A stretch of DNA of 64,000 nucleotides from Octopus vulgaris (lineage: Eukaryota). Made by a program: the position numbers and the translations under genes. Location: contig OX597822.1 of the NCBI GenBank assembly GCA_951406725.2, forward strand, positions 90,210,001 to 90,274,000. The letters run 5' to 3'. The notes under the pieces were generated by a model. That model was not told where the DNA came from, made no database searches, and saw only the letters and a program-made list of their open reading frames with translations. Positions 23,370 through 60,314 of the stretch are shown here, piece after piece (within the stretch, counting starts at the first letter, position 1; every line of letters begins with the position of its first letter).

Positions 23370-25690
23370 TTAGCCATTAGAATTTCCAGGCGTTCAGTTA
23401 AACAGAGATTGCAACGTCTATTGGTTGAGTTGTAAGAAGTTGTTTTTGCGAGTATGCGCCATTCTAATATATATTCTATTTTTTTGTCTTCAAGCTCCTA
23501 GATATAGCTACTAAGCCTTGCTGAATTTGCCTTACTCCTATTTCTGAAGTTAGATTGGTGTGCATTGTACCTAAGTATCATTTCGTTTTATGTGGTTCTT
23601 ATATAGGATTTTATATGGCTATTTGTGTGGAGGTCACATTGGTAAACTACGTTTTTAGTGTTACATCTATTAGAGAATTGGTACTTACTTGTATCCCTGC
23701 AGCCACATAAATTATTAGGTATATCTATGTTTGTGTTGTGTCGTGGGGGGCTATTACTACTCTGGTCTTTGTCTATGTTACTAGGAGGCGGTTCATTAGT
23801 TGTGAGACTTGCTCTATTAGTCCATTGGTTCTTACATTTATTGTTCCTAATTTTCCTAGCTTCATAGAATGTGTCTAGTTTTCTTATTATTATTCAAGGC
23901 TATGACGGTAGCTGAGTTACTAGTCAGGCTGTGGCCTACCCTAATTTTATTCCTAAATATTACTGCATATTTATTATTTACATTTAAGTGTTTATCTATT
24001 AGTTTCATTAATAAGCGAACTATGTTGGATTTGAGGTGCATGGCGAGAGGGATTACAAGCCAGATCTTATTACTATTACATTTACTGTTAGTATTGCTAT
24101 GTCTGGTATAGAAACTACCCTCATTGTTTGTAAGGCGTGTGAAATTATGGCTATCAAGTTTATTTCTATAGTTGGGTTTATTTTTACTATTGCTCTTGTC
24201 TGTTTTATTGGGGTTATTTCTGTATGGTTTATGTGGACTCAATGATCTGGTGTTATGGTTTTTAATAAGGTTTATCTTTGTTCTTTGGGGCTCTTTATTT
24301 TTATTCTTATCAATGTGTAGGTTTATATTATTCTTATTATAGCTATTATTTTTTAACTTATTCTTATAATTCGTATTAGACTTGTTAATATTAATTTTAT
24401 CGTTTATCACATTGTTGGTATTCATGTTGTCGTTTGTAATGTTATTGGTGATTTGTGTATGGGACTTAAAATTGTTTCTATTGCTATTATTCTAGTTGAG
24501 CTTATCTATGCTGTTCTTAGCATTGGTGTAGTTTGTAGTGACGTTTGGTGTGTGGTTAGTGTTAATTGTATTATCGTGTGGATTTCTGTTATTTGTATAG
24601 TGATTGGGGTCTAGGTATTTAATTTTTTTGTTTAAATCCTGCTTTAGCTAGTGCGATATTATAGATTTCCTGATGCTTATTAAAAATATGTTGGTTAGAA
24701 GAGAGGCATGATATTCTATTGTTAATGCTATGTACTAAACCTCTCTTAATAAAGTTCAGATGGTTACTGGATGTGTTTATGTACTTGAGGTTAGTGTTGG
24801 GTTTTATATAGGGTTTGTGGAGTCCTGTGGCTAAGTTGCAGATGTGTGTCTAAGTAGTTAATGGAGTTGTGTTCCTTTTCTATAGAAATAGATAGTCCAA
24901 ATCTTTTAAAGAATTTGTGTAGTTTTTTCTTGATAAGCTCTAGTTTCCTATTTGAGGGGTTTTTTTTTAAATGAAAAGTGCATTGTCCCTGTATAATCCA
25001 CCCTTGAGTTCTGGGAATTCTTCCTGTAGCTATGATAGCAAATAAATACCCACCAGGTCAGTTACCTGTGCTGAATCTGGGGCTCCCATGGTGATATTCA
25101 AATGAGTTACGGGAGTCCTTTCGTATCCAAAATTTATTATCAAAGCTTATAACTGATTTCCTCGCTTCTAGTATTACTTTTATTTCCTTCATAGTTAAAT
25201 GTGTGTAATTTTTGACGAATATTAGGATCGTAGGGTTGAGGAGTAGTGATCTACTATTTCTATCTGTATGAATTTGTAGTTCTTCATGTTCTGTATATTG
25301 GAGAACCAGTTTAGGGCTGTGTTGGACCATAATTCTAAGGCTATTCTTTTTAACTTAGGGATGTATTTGTCAAGTATTAGTTTACTTAATTTGCATAGAT
25401 CTGATTTATTTGGGCATATTAATCTTACTTTAGTATCGGTTATGAAATTTGGTTTATGGTCTTTTAGTGTGATGTGAGGTCTGGATGGTATGAAGGGTTC
25501 AGTTTTGTCCTCTAAGTTGTAGTCTGTCATAATGTCCTTGGCTGCTAAGTTCATAGATATTAAGGTGGTATCCAGTGCTATTTTGCATTTTTTTGTAATT
25601 TCCTTATGTAGCAGCTGGTGGTATAAATTAACATCTAGAGTGTAGAAATTCCTGAATTGTGCTTGTGTAGTAGGTCTTTTAGGTTCTTTT
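23370..25690 (-). mobile_element. Degenerate Penelope-like element (RT, Asn-rich linker, GIY-YIG region)
   Basis: HITLKDHKPNF..KVRLICPNKSDL, GGLYRDNALF, YINTSSNHL, WLVIPL, CGCRD..Y.FSNRCNTKNVVYQC, YNAHQSNF. Confidence 0.85.
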
Positions 25691-25787
25691 GTTAGCTGTT
25701 ATTTCTTAGCAAACTGATAAGTTGTGTTTTCAATTTTATATTTTTATTCATCATTCAGTTTATTTTCTTGCTTCCCACTACATTATA

Positions 25788-27865
25788 ATGAGCAGAGAAA
25801 AAACAAAGTTGTACCAGCAAAAATTCCGAATGGAATGGCTTAAGATGCCAGCATTTACTAAGTGGTTGTGTGAAGTACCTAGTGACCAATCTAAAGCACA
25901 TTGCAGATATTGGAGATGTAATATGTTGGCAAAATATTCTCTTTTAGTAAACTACTGTGAAGCAAAGTAACATAAGGCATCAACTCCACAGCAAATGATT
26001 CCCCTTAAAAATAAGACATCTATGTTTGAGGCAAATTTAGCAATGTTTGTTTGTTGCCACTCATCATTTCATGGCTGTGATCGCTTAATAGAGTTATGTA
26101 GGAATTATATGTTTGATAGTGATATTATGTCCAAAGTGAAGTTGCATTGTTCAAAATGTGCAAATAATGTGAAAAATGTTGTAGCTCCGTATTTTGATGG
26201 AAATTTGATTTCTGATATAGGAGATAGAAAACTTAGCCTGTTATTAGATGAATCCAATGATATATCGATAAACAAGCTGTTAGGAATTGTTATCATATAT
26301 TATAGTGACATTCACAAAAAAGTGGTACAAACATATCTCAGTATGGTACCTTTAGAAACATGTGATGCAGATGGCATTTTAGATGCCTTAAAAACTGAAT
26401 TAGTGAAAAAAAAATTAGATATAAAAAATTTACTGGGTATAGAAACTGACAATGCTAGAGTAATGACAGGAGTTAACAATGGTGTTTTCCATCTATTTAG
26501 ATGTGTATGTCATTCTTTACAGTTGGCAGTATCCCACACTTGTGCTGAATGCTTACCCATTAATTTAGAATTTTTAGTATCCGAAACCTATAAATGGTTC
26601 TCTCATTCTTCAACAAGACAAAGTGCCTACAAACAACTTTACTTTGCTATCAATGATAAAGAACCTTTGAAGATTGTGAATTCTTGTACAACTAGGTGGC
26701 TGTCAACAGAACCAGCTGTAAATAGAATTTTAAGCCAATGGTTTGAATTGCAAACTCACTTCCAAACTACAACTGCAAAAGAAAAGTGCTTTACAGCACA
26801 AATGTTACATGAAATGTTTTGTGATTCTAGGAATGAACTTTACCTTTTATTTGTGCATACAATTTTAAAACTTGTTCAAGAAGTGAATAAACTGTTTGAA
26901 TCAAACACTGTCGACAAAACAAAATTACTTGAAGATCTTTTTAAATTTGATCAAATCTGTTACTAATATGATAGTGTTGTCAACATGTAGAATTGATCCT
27001 CTAGATCCTGATGCTTCTATTGAAACATTTTGGGATCTTAAACCAAATTTAGGCTACAGGTTTGAGAGAAAGATTATCAAGAAGACTGTAACAGCCACTG
27101 AAGAAAATAATATTTGCAAAAGAGCACAACAAAAGCAGAGTAAAAATTACTCTGCCGTTATAAAGAGCTCAAGCACCATTTGCCAGAAAATATTGATATA
27201 CTGAGAAATATCAAATGTTTTTCAGTAGAGAATATTTTGCAGCATTTCAAAGAGCCAATTTTACCTGTCTTAGAAGTAATGCATTTAAATGTAGAAAAAA
27301 TTGCTTCAATTGAAATTCAGTTTAATAACATTCATTTAGTTAAATGGACATATACATCTAATACTGAGGCATTCTGGCTGGAAGTCTTAGAATATAAAGA
27401 TGCTACTGGAGGAAATCCTTTTAGAGATGTTGCAAATTTTGCCATTAATCTACTGACATTGCCAAACTCAAATGCAGAAGTTGAATGGTTGTTCAGTAGT
27501 ATGGGTGTAATCAAATCAAAATTGAAAAACAAAATGCATCTTCCATAGGAAGATCAATACTGTCTATAAAATATGGCCTGAAAAGATATGGCGGATGTTG
27601 CAAAAACCTTGATATTCCAAAACACATAATTAATAAGATTGGGACCTTGAATGTATACAGAAGTCAAGACCTAGGCACTGCAGCTGAAAGTGATCAAATC
27701 AGTGAAATTCAAGAAATTATTTCTCAATGCTGAATATAATTAAAGAAAGTAAATAAAAATGTAAATAAAAATTAAGCTTTTTGATATAATTAGTCTTTAG
27801 CATTTTTTGGGTATTTTTTCTACTGAAGTTTAACATAAAATTGTGATTTTAAATTGGCAACACTG
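25788..27865 (+). mobile_element. hAT transposase pseudogene with right TIR
   Basis: N-terminal KFRMEW..AHCRY; core LLLDESNDIS, TDNARVMTGVNNGV, CVCHSLQL, TRWLS; C-terminal LPNSNAEVEWLFSSM; split by a stop and frameshifts; right end TTGGCAACACTG at 27854-27865. Confidence 0.88.
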
Positions 27866-27869
27866 TATA

Positions 27870-28182
27870 CTCTTTTACTCTTTTACTTGTTTCAGTCATT
27901 TGACTGCGGCCATGCTACGGGGACGTAAACACACCAGCATCGGTTGTCAAGCAATGCTAGGGGGACAAACACAGACACACAAACACACACACGCATATAT
28001 ATATATATATACATATATACGACGGGCTTCTTTCAGTTTCCGTCTACCAAATCCACTCACAAGGCATTGGTCGGCCCGGGGCTATAGCAGAAGACACTTG
28101 CCCAAGATGCCACGCAGTGGGACTGAACCCGGAACCATGTGGTTGGTTAGCAAGCTACTTACCACACAGCCACTCCTGCGCC
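27870..28182 (-). mobile_element. tRNA-derived SINE (internally deleted)
   Basis: Same family as 1130-1534. Confidence 0.9.
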
Positions 28183-28473
28183 AATGTATGCATTGCTTTT
28201 TTTTTATTTAATGGGTAAATTCTAGACAAAACATTTCAAATTCCACCCTGAAGGGTGAAATCATAATGGGGTTGACCAGCTTCTCAGTGGCTTGATTACT
28301 TTAAGAACAACACACAGGAAAAGTTTCTAAACATAATCAGAAGAGTATATGAGCTGAGGTAGGTGTTGCAGCTCTAAGCTGTGGAAAGGAGCTGAGATAT
28401 GACAAAGCTAACCCAGAACATTAAAACTGGAGAAAATTACAAAGAAAAAAATGATACAAAGAATTCTATTCTC

Positions 28474-28479
28474 TTTATT
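28474..28479 (-). promoter_or_regulatory. Candidate CDK5 polyadenylation signal (AATAAA)
   Basis: Minus-strand AATAAA about 370 nt downstream of the stop; another lies at ~28203-28208. No transcript evidence. Confidence 0.3.
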
Positions 28480-28847
28480 TTCCTTTTCCCAACATTGAAC
28501 TAAGAGAAGAAGCTATAAATGATAATAAAATTATATTTAAGAAAGAAATGGGAGTGAAAGGAGAAAATGACTAGATTCCATAACATTTTACATGAATCAC
28601 ACTAAAAATGGTAGAATTACAGCCCAATGGATATGAGTTATATCAGTTACTGAATTGTTACAAACCATTCAAATGTGAGGTACTTTACATAACCTTAGTT
28701 TAACAGTTACTCCAGTCTTTAAAGTAGCAAATATATTTTTTGCTAATCTTCTGCTAAATTAAAGATACTGATTGATAAGAAGTAATCAATAGAATTGACA
28801 ATGTATACAAGTGAAAATCACAAAATGTTTCCTATTTAGCTGGTGAT

Positions 28848-50930
<22,083 letters not shown>

Positions 50931-53900
50931 CTGGAAAAAAATTGATAATTTTATACAAGTCAAATCCTGATCAGTTTAGGAGCGTAAAAACTTTAATATA
51001 TCAACTCTGCTATATTTGAAGGATATTATTACCATTTTATATTTAATTTCCTTTACATGGAAGTATTACTTTATTTCTCCTCTCTTCTAACTTTACATAG
51101 ATCAATGTAGATTGCAATAATTCAGTCACAACCTACAAATAGCTATCATATTTGTTCATGTATAATACAAACTTGAATGTAATACATGCCATCAATGATG
51201 GACAATGAAATCACAGAAGAAATACATAGCATGTATAATGCACTTTGGCTTTTTTTTTCTTTTGGTATTATGTTGTATGGAAAAAAAAAAAGAGTTTAGT
51301 CAGATTTATTATAATTGCTGTTAAGTTCACAAATTCTAAACAAAACAAAAATCAATGTCAAAACTGACTCCAGGGTGTGAAAAATATCCAATAATGTTTA
51401 ACAGCACAACAAGCAAACACAGGACTTGTGGAATGATTGTTGTCTACCATCATACAGAAGGCCAAAACATAATATTTCCATTAAGGAAACATTTTTTGAA
51501 ACTCACAAAAGCAGCGAACATATAATTACCTTTACCTGTATAACAATGAAAGAATTTGATACATGAGTGCTAAATGTAATGCAAGACTGCAGAAGAAGAA
51601 AAGTTATCAAATACAGCTTGCCTGTGTTGAACTAGATTGGAATTTTATCACTCCCAAGAACTGTAATTTGGTGAGTGATGGGGGAGTTAGGGTTAGATAA
51701 CCGTTTCAAATGATTTCAAAGCCATGTGTAAGGGATGCTAGAAATAGACTCAAGATTAACAACTCATTCACTGAGGAATTTAAGGTTCAAATAAGTGTTC
51801 AAAAAGACTACTCTCAGTTCATATTCAATAGTTCTATTTTCTTACCAATAAAATACAGAGCTGAATGCCAAATGTCTTTGTGCAAATGACTTGATTCTCT
51901 AGATAGAACTGTACAACTAAATGGGAAGTTTGAAACAAAGGGAAGAAGCACAGAAATCAGTTTTTGATTTAAACAGTATGAAATATGTATATCTAGGTAA
52001 AATTCAACAAGTCATAATCAACAGATATAACTTAAAGATAAATACTATACATAAATCACAGTTAGTGGTTGGCCAGGAAAGACATCCAATTTTCAAATAT
52101 CTGTTCCAAAAACTAATATCACCAGCAAACCAATCCAACAGATGATAGCAGATGAATATGGGTGCAGAATATTATTCCAGAAGTTTTAAAATGTATATAA
52201 TAGGTAGAGTACTGTGTAAAGCAACATTAGTGTTATCAATTATAACAGATCATGAATGAGAGAAAATCATAAGGATCAAGAACCAAGTAAGGATACACAT
52301 GACATGCTAAATAGCTAAACATGATAGTGATAGTATGTGAAATAGTTATTAACATAATGATTATAAAAACTTGAAAAAGTTTTATATCCTAAGTGTTATT
52401 TGCTTAATCTGGCTGGAACCTGCAGAAAAGGAAGACCCAGGAAGACATGAGATGAAGTGGTGAAAGCTGACCTCAGGACCCTGAGCCCCAAATTGTGATG
52501 ACACAGGACTGGGATCTCTAGCAGTATGAGGTTCTCAATGAGTTGTCCTCCTCAGCAAAAATGAGTTCTGGAAGTGCTACATTTTCGGTTCTCCATCCAT
52601 TACAGTGATTCCCCCCATAATGCATTATGACTGCCTCGTTCTCCACTCCCCCAACTCTATCATCTTTCTATTCCTGCTGCTCACTCCACACCATCACACT
52701 TTTGCATCCCTCTGTCTTCCCCAGGTTATGGCTTTTGTCTCATCCACTTTTCAACCTACCGATTTTGGCAGTTTCCCTCCCCACCCCTCATTCACTTACA
52801 CTCATGCAAATCATCCACCCACCCACTAATACTCAGCTTGAGCATTGTGGGATCATCTGGGCACCTTATCACCATTATCTATATTCTTGCAACTCCTATT
52901 CGTCATTTTCTCCCCGCCCCCACCCAATTTTATCTTCATTAGATGTGAGTAGCAATGCAAATACCTCTGCAGGAATCTGATATATCCCCTTCTCTCTTAG
53001 TAATCTCCTCATCCCTTAGCATGAAACTAGTATCCCAGGGCTTGTAGTCCTGTAAACTGCATAGTGACCTTAAAAATGTAGGTTGCATGAAAAAAGCACA
53101 CGGTCCAGACTGTAAAGTAGTTGGTGATAGGAAGGGCATCCAGCCATAGAAAACATGCTCAATGCAGTCCCTGGACACATTAGATCCTGTCAAATAATCC
53201 ACCTCATGCCTGTATGGAACATAGACATTAAATGATAGTGGTGATGATGGTGATGATGATAGGACAGACATCAGGCAATCAATGTGAAAGAATTGCAGGA
53301 TATTGGAGAGAGTACAACAAAAGGAATACAAACATGTGCTCTAGCCATGTGCCATACAGAAACACAATGGCTATATAAATATTGTCGAAGTAAAGTTTCT
53401 TTCCAGACATCCATACTCAACCTTATGACAGACTATAGAAGCTATACAAATACAGGTAGCAAACACCATCCACATACTTAATATGAATACTGAATCACTG
53501 TTGATTCTCCCTTTACTTACATCATCATTATCATCAATGTTTAATGTCCGCCTTCCATACTAGCATGGGTGGGACAGTTTGATAAGAGCCAGCTAGGCAG
53601 AAACCTGCACCAGACTTCTGTGACTGATTTGGTAGGATTTTTACAACTGGATGCCCTTCCTAACACCAACCAATCATCAGAGTGGACTTAGTGTTTTTAA
53701 TGTGGCACAAGCACAGGCAAGGTTTTTACAGCTGGATGCCCTTCCAAACACCAATCACTTTACAGTGTGGACTGGGTGCTTTTAAATGGTATCTTCACTG
53801 ACAGGGTCACCAAGTACTTGCATGACAAAAAAAAAATACTTTCAAGAGGGGAGGGGACATTGGAGGAGTTGATCTTGTATCAGATGATGAAAGCTTATAG

Positions 53901-55899
53901 TTAGACAGAAACAGGTGTCTTGCTGTAGAGGAAGTACAAGGTTACCCGGCTGGAGAGAGAGAGAGAGAGAGAGAGATCGGAAATGATGACAGGAACAGGT
54001 GCGCTACCGCAAAGGAAATACATGGATACTCAACCTGAAGGAAGTGCAGGAGAAGGAGAAAGAGAGAGTGGGGCACCTTTGTACCTAATTTGCGCAGCTC
54101 ACACATTGAACATGTTATCCTTTCAAATGCCTTTTCGAGTCAATTAATGCCACACAATCCCAACATCAAAATTTAATTTTCTCTAGAACACATTTTTACT
54201 CCAAAATCTATGAATATTTGATTTAATTTAATTATTGACATCATACAATTCCATAAACTTCAAGAGAACTTCGAGAATTATTCATTTAAGTTATTTCAAC
54301 TGTGTGATATAATGGAAATAGACAAGCTTGTAGATTATGTAACAAAAAGGCTTTAAAAATACTACAAGCCAATAAGAGAAGTTTATCACACAGATGTTAT
54401 GAAATGAGGAATTGTTGCAAACACAGCTTGATGAACCTTTCAGCAGTATTGTATAAGAAAGAATTTAAACTGTTATGATATATGTCAATTAGCTTTAGTT
54501 TAATAAGCTCCCTCTTTGAGTTCTTTTTCTTCATAATATTCACTCTATTATCCTTACCCTTTTATTATTATACTAGCAGTATTGCCCATTTTTATATCTT
54601 GATTTTTTATTTTTCATGTAATTTACGCATGCTTGCACGTGTGGTGAACATAGTTCACGTCAAACAGCTGACTGAGTAAAGTTCACTATTTAATGCATGG
54701 GATAAGGCCTAAACAAACACATTATCGATTTTTGCACTTGCGAGATGAATTTCGGAACAGAAATAGCGCAGTTCAATTTTCATTCGCCTAAACTTTAAGT
54801 GACCCATTTTTGGTGGTTCTACGATTTGTTGGCTAGGAGATGTGCCGGGAAGTTAAACACACAGATACACACACAGACACACAAGTTGAGTTTTATATGT
54901 AGAGATTTTCAATGAAGGCGGTGAACTGGCAGAATCGTTAGTATACCAGGTGAAATGCTTAGCAGTATTTCATCTGCCACTACGTTCTGAGTTCAAATTT
55001 CGCTGAGGTCGATTTTGCCTTTCATCCGTTCAGAGTTGATGAAATAAGTACTAGTTATGCACTGGGGTTGATGTAATTGACTAGCCTGCTTGCCCCCCCA
55101 AAATTTTCAAGGCCTTGTACCTAGAATAGAAATAATTATCATATTTTTAATGAAATACACTGCCTTTGAATTAATTTTGAAAATAGTGAAGATTTTTAAA
55201 AACAACATAGTCATTATTTAGCTGGTTTTCAGAAAATAAATCAATATGAAATTTTGATGAAAGATTTCAATTAAGATTGCTTTCACAAAGGAAACTTGTA
55301 TAAAAGGACTGCAGGTGGGCTCAGGCAGGATGGTATCAAAAGAGTTTACTTGTGCCAACACATACCAAATACTGTATACCTAAATTATGTAAATGGAGAA
55401 TGCACTGTGATTGACTTTGTCACCTTTTAACTATACTTTTATTTAGTTATGGGTATATATAGATTATATCTTGAAGATACCTACTGTGTTATAGTTATTA
55501 ACTGGATAACTATTAGCTATTGTGTGCAAATCTTGTATTGATTGTCTGTATTGTTAATGTTGCACAGATTATTTACCTGACTGCTTGTGCTATCCTTTAT
55601 TTTTCTATTTCATTACCACTCTTTCTTTTCTCTCTCAACTCATTCCATTTTCTCTCTATCCCCTCACTCTTTTTATTTTTCCCCACTTTTTCTCACTGTC
55701 TTTCCACTCATTTTGTTTCCTTCCTTCTTCCTTTCTCCCCAACACACAAATAACCCAGATTCTCAGGCACTATCTGTCCACTTCAGTTCCTTCCCTTCTA
55801 TTTTTTCAGAAAGATAATTGAATGATTAATTTCTGACAGCCATTTTCAAGAACTCTGTGACTGTCACTTTCATAAAAGCAAATAAAATTATTGGATTTG

Positions 55900-56220
55900 A
55901 TGCAGAACATACATTCCTGATTCTCCAAACCAATCTGCAGCCACCTGATACGGATTTTCTTTTCACTTAAAGATGGCATCAATTTGCTGTCAGATCTGCA
56001 TCCACTATGTCAATAAACAAAAAAGTCAAGGGCAAAGCTTACCAAAAAGTGGCAATTATCTCCTTACTACAGTGTTCGCAAACGGTCAGTTGCATGTTGC
56101 TCTCAGTGGAGTTGGGGATCCATTGCACATAAATGGTTTTGCTGGTCAATGTCAATTTGCTACATCAAGAGCATGGTGCAGGTATTATATACACAAAAAA
56201 TGTTGGCTACACAGACATTG
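55900..56220 (+). mobile_element. Helitron helicase C-terminal remnant
   Basis: HQFAVRSASTMSINK / KSQGQSL...VFANGQLHVALSGV (PIF1 motifs V-VI). Confidence 0.75.
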
Positions 56221-56424
56221 TTTGATTGTCAACATTTCCAATCTGTTGAACGTTGTATATAATGCTGTATAGAGAAATAAAAAAAAAGTTAAAAACTAAT
56301 ATGTATTTTGTTCTGTTAAATGTTGCTTTACCTATCTTCATATTTATTTCCTGAATATATACCTACATTTCAATGAAGCAAAATATTACTTATTCTGTGC
56401 ATAAAATGATGGGTTGTGTACCAC

Positions 56425-56514
<90 letters not shown>

Positions 56515-56759
56515 CACATATAAACATACACACACACATGCATATACATTTATTTATACATGATGGCCATCTATTCATATCTGAGGAAGACCATTACTGA
56601 CCATCAAAAACATTGTTACACTCAGTTAAATATATACTTTGGCAACTAATGGGCCCAGCTCTTGATAAACGTAAATACCCACAAATGTTGTTCTTCTAGC
56701 TTCCCCCCATTCACTACAGAGGTAGTGTATCTTTGAGCAGCTTGAAAAATACACACTTC

Positions 56760-57360
56760 TTCCATTACTTATTTACTCCATCAGTGGTGATGATGAGTAT
56801 TGCTTTCCCCATGGACCTCCCATATTTCATATACCTCCAAAAGGACTTCACACAATCATAGTCTTTATTTCCACTGGGAGCACTTTCCACAAGATCACCA
56901 TATAGCATCTGCTTAAAGATCCTCCAATCATTCATCCAAATAAGGTGTCCAGTCCAAAATAAACAATACTTATGCATCATTGTCCCAATGCTCAGGACAT
57001 TGGCTCCCCTCAAGACCTCTGTGTCTAGAGTCCACAAGAACCTGCCAACATTTAGAATATATCTCACAAATCTCTGATGGAAGCATTTTAGGACAGTTAC
57101 ATGATGCCAGTAAAGGGTTCATGTCTTATGTAAGTAAAGAAGTGATGTCAGCACACATGCACGGTACACAGCAACTTTTGTTTACCTTGTGATGCCATAC
57201 TGGAATCAGACATTAGACTCAAGAACCCTGAAAGAATCAGTTGCCTTCTGATAACCTTAAAGATATTTCATCATCCAAGGAGCAAGAAACTTGTCTACCA
57301 CTTTCACTGCTGTTCCTTCAACTAAGATGGTTTCACATATGGGTTTACTGGCAAAGGCTG
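56760..57360 (-). mobile_element. RTE-type LINE remnant
   Basis: LFWTGHLIWMNDWRIFKQMLYGDL. Confidence 0.7.
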
Positions 57361-57879
57361 GAATATTACAACACACACAATCATCATCATCTTTAATGTC
57401 CACCTTCCATGGCTAGGCAGGAGCTAACAAGGCAGGAGCTTCTATGTGTTTTGATACAGTTTTTACAGCTGGATGCCCTTCCTAATACCAACCACCAAGC
57501 AGAGTGGAAAAAGTGCTTTTTATATGGCACAAGCACAGGCGAGGTCAGTTTTGGCATGGTTTTTACAGCTGGATGCCCTTCCAGATGACAACCACTTTAC
57601 AGTGTGGGCTGGATGCTTTTTACATGGCACCAACACTAGCAGGATCACCAAGATATTTATATATATATGTACACACACACACAATATATAAGATGCACTC
57701 CTATTTTGGAAGCATATTTTGTGGAAAAACAAATTCAGTGCTTCATCATACACTTGCTGAAAAATATTGTAAAGTGGTTTTTGTGGAAAAAATATTGATG
57801 CTGTTCAAGTAAATACAATGTTGTGACAGTATACTAGAATGAAATATGAAATTATAAATAATAATAATTATTATTATTA

Positions 57880-58450
57880 TGACTGGGTTCCAACCTAGGC
57901 CACAGCAACAAAGTCTACCAGCCACACTTGCCAGTTCATCATCACTGCCTTGAGGCTGGATACATTCCAGGCCAGTGTCTGCAATCAAGTTGTCAATGTA
58001 AGTGTGATGAAGATTTCCTCTTCTTACATCACTATGAAGTGAATTCCACAAGACTAATTTGGATGCTTCTAATTTATGGTGGTGCACACAGTGACCAGAT
58101 AGTTGCAGCTGTCTTTGTCTGATCTTCTCACTAATGTTCGGCAGGACTCCATAAAGTCATTCATTTGTCATGTGTTGCTGCCATTTCACATTTAGTACCA
58201 CTTGTAGTATCCATTTAGCCCATTTGATAACTTCTGTGTCAGTGTCCATATTTCACTGCCATATAATAAGCACTGATTCAACAGTTGCAATGAACAGCTT
58301 GATTTTGATTTGCCTGGGCAATTTGGTGTTTCAGATCTTCTTTAGTTTGTGACAAGCTGTCTTCGCTTGTGCCTTCCTGATCTTGATGTCTGCTTCCAAA
58401 CAGTTCACCCAGTCACCTAAGTACTTGAAGTTTTCAACATTCAATTTGTA
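57880..58450 (-). mobile_element. RTE-type LINE 3' remnant
   Basis: VENFKYLG, DIKIRKAQAKTACHKLKKI, ASKLVLW...TYIDNLIADTG, (ATA)n tail. Confidence 0.7.
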
Positions 58451-60314
58451 TCTTGAAATAAACATTCTATAGCTGGATACCCTTCTAGTCATTAACCTCC
58501 AAGTTTCCAAGCAAGGTAATATCTTCTTAAGGCCAGACATGTTTACGCTAAATATTAGAAATTAATGACACTTCATGTATGATAGTGACACTCATTTACA
58601 ACTATCATGCAATGTCAAGACAAAGAGATACAAACACATAGACACTCACACCTACACATACAATTGGCTTCTTTCAGTTTCCATCTCTCAAATCTATTCA
58701 CAAAGCTTTAGCCAGCCCTGGTCTATAATAGAAGACACTTGACCAAGATGCCATGCAGTGGGACTGAACCTGAAACCATGTGGTTGGGAAGTAAACTTCT
58801 TAACCACATCATTATTACCATCTTTATAATCATTTAACATGTTTCCCATGCTGGAGTGGGTTGGATGGTTTGACAGCATCTGACATGCTGTAAGGCAGCA
58901 TCAAACACTAATGTTAGCTTTGACATGCTTTCTACAGCTGGATGCCCTTCTTAATGTCAACCACTTTATAAAGTGTACCGAGTGCATTTTTCATGCCCCC
59001 AGCACTAAAGAGGCTGCCAAGTAACTTGCAAGGCAAGAGAAGAAGGGAACAGAGAGAAGGAAAAAAGGGTGGGGAAAGGAAAAGAAAAAAGAAATAGTCT
59101 CCTTGACTAAATGGGAGGAGGGTTAGTATTTGTGAGAAGAAGGGATGATGGCTTTATGTCAGGTGCTGAGAGGTTACAGTATGATGAAAGAACAGGTTCA
59201 GATGTCTGTTATGAAAAGGTGGTTGGTACTAGTTGGAAAGCTGCATAGTAGATAGAAGAGGTGGTGGGATGCTGGAGAATCTCAAGATACAGTCGATTGC
59301 AATCGGAAAAAGAGAGGGAAAGATGGGGGAGGAGTAGAGGTGCATGTAGCGAGTGATGGTAAGAGATACAGGAGTGCCTCAAGGGGTGGGGGCTATGATA
59401 AGTGGGGTGTGATGGTAGATATGACAGAGCACTAAAAGTGATAGCATGTAAGAGAGATGTTAAAAATGAAGTATAGGAGGGGAGAGCAATGGTTGAAATC
59501 ACAAAAAGGAGGTGACTGGTGGAAATAATATGAGCAGGGATGATAATGAGACATAGTAATGGATCTGGGAAGGGCAGATAACCAAAAGGGAGGGGATGTA
59601 ATATGTATCTATTCTGATTTCAGATGATTACAGCAGCCGAGCAGTACCATAGATAGAAAAGTTATGGGTGTTAGAAGGTGAGATGTGGAGAAAATCTGAG
59701 AAAATCTACCATAGATAGGAAAGTTAAGGGTGTTAGAAAGTAAGATGTTGTGAAAATCTCTGCTTGACGAGGCAGTGGGGAGTGGCTCGCTCCAGATCTC
59801 CTTCCACAAGTTCTGTCCACTTCAAGCAATCAACACTTCTTTATGCAGCTGCCCTTTTCCATACATATTATGTGACTAAACCAGCGTAATCTTCTCTCTT
59901 GCACACTATATCCAATCCCTCTTCACTCAGTTCATTAGCACTTTGTCATGCATGCATACTGTATAAGCTCACTAGCTTCATTCTTCCTTAGTCTTTGCAT
60001 GCCTTCTACATCCAGGGCCCAAGTCTCATACCATACAGCATTGTTGTACACACATAGACATCATACAATTTGCATTTCACTTGGAGAGAGTGAGAGACCT
60101 CTTGTTGCCTACAGAGGTAATAGCTCTCCAGATTTTCTCCATCTTATTCTTAATCTAGCAACTACGCTTTAAAAACATCCACTGCTAATTAGGTCACCTA
60201 TGCAACTGAAATTATCCACTACCACTAGGGAACCTTCAGGATATTTGAGGAAATCAGTTTCCCATGTAACTTTATATGCATATATGTATGTGTATATACA
60301 GACACTACAGACAT

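Noticed and set aside
23862-24425. 187-aa Asn/Lys-rich ORF as an independent gene
   Set aside because: It is the low-complexity linker between RT and GIY-YIG of the Penelope-like element
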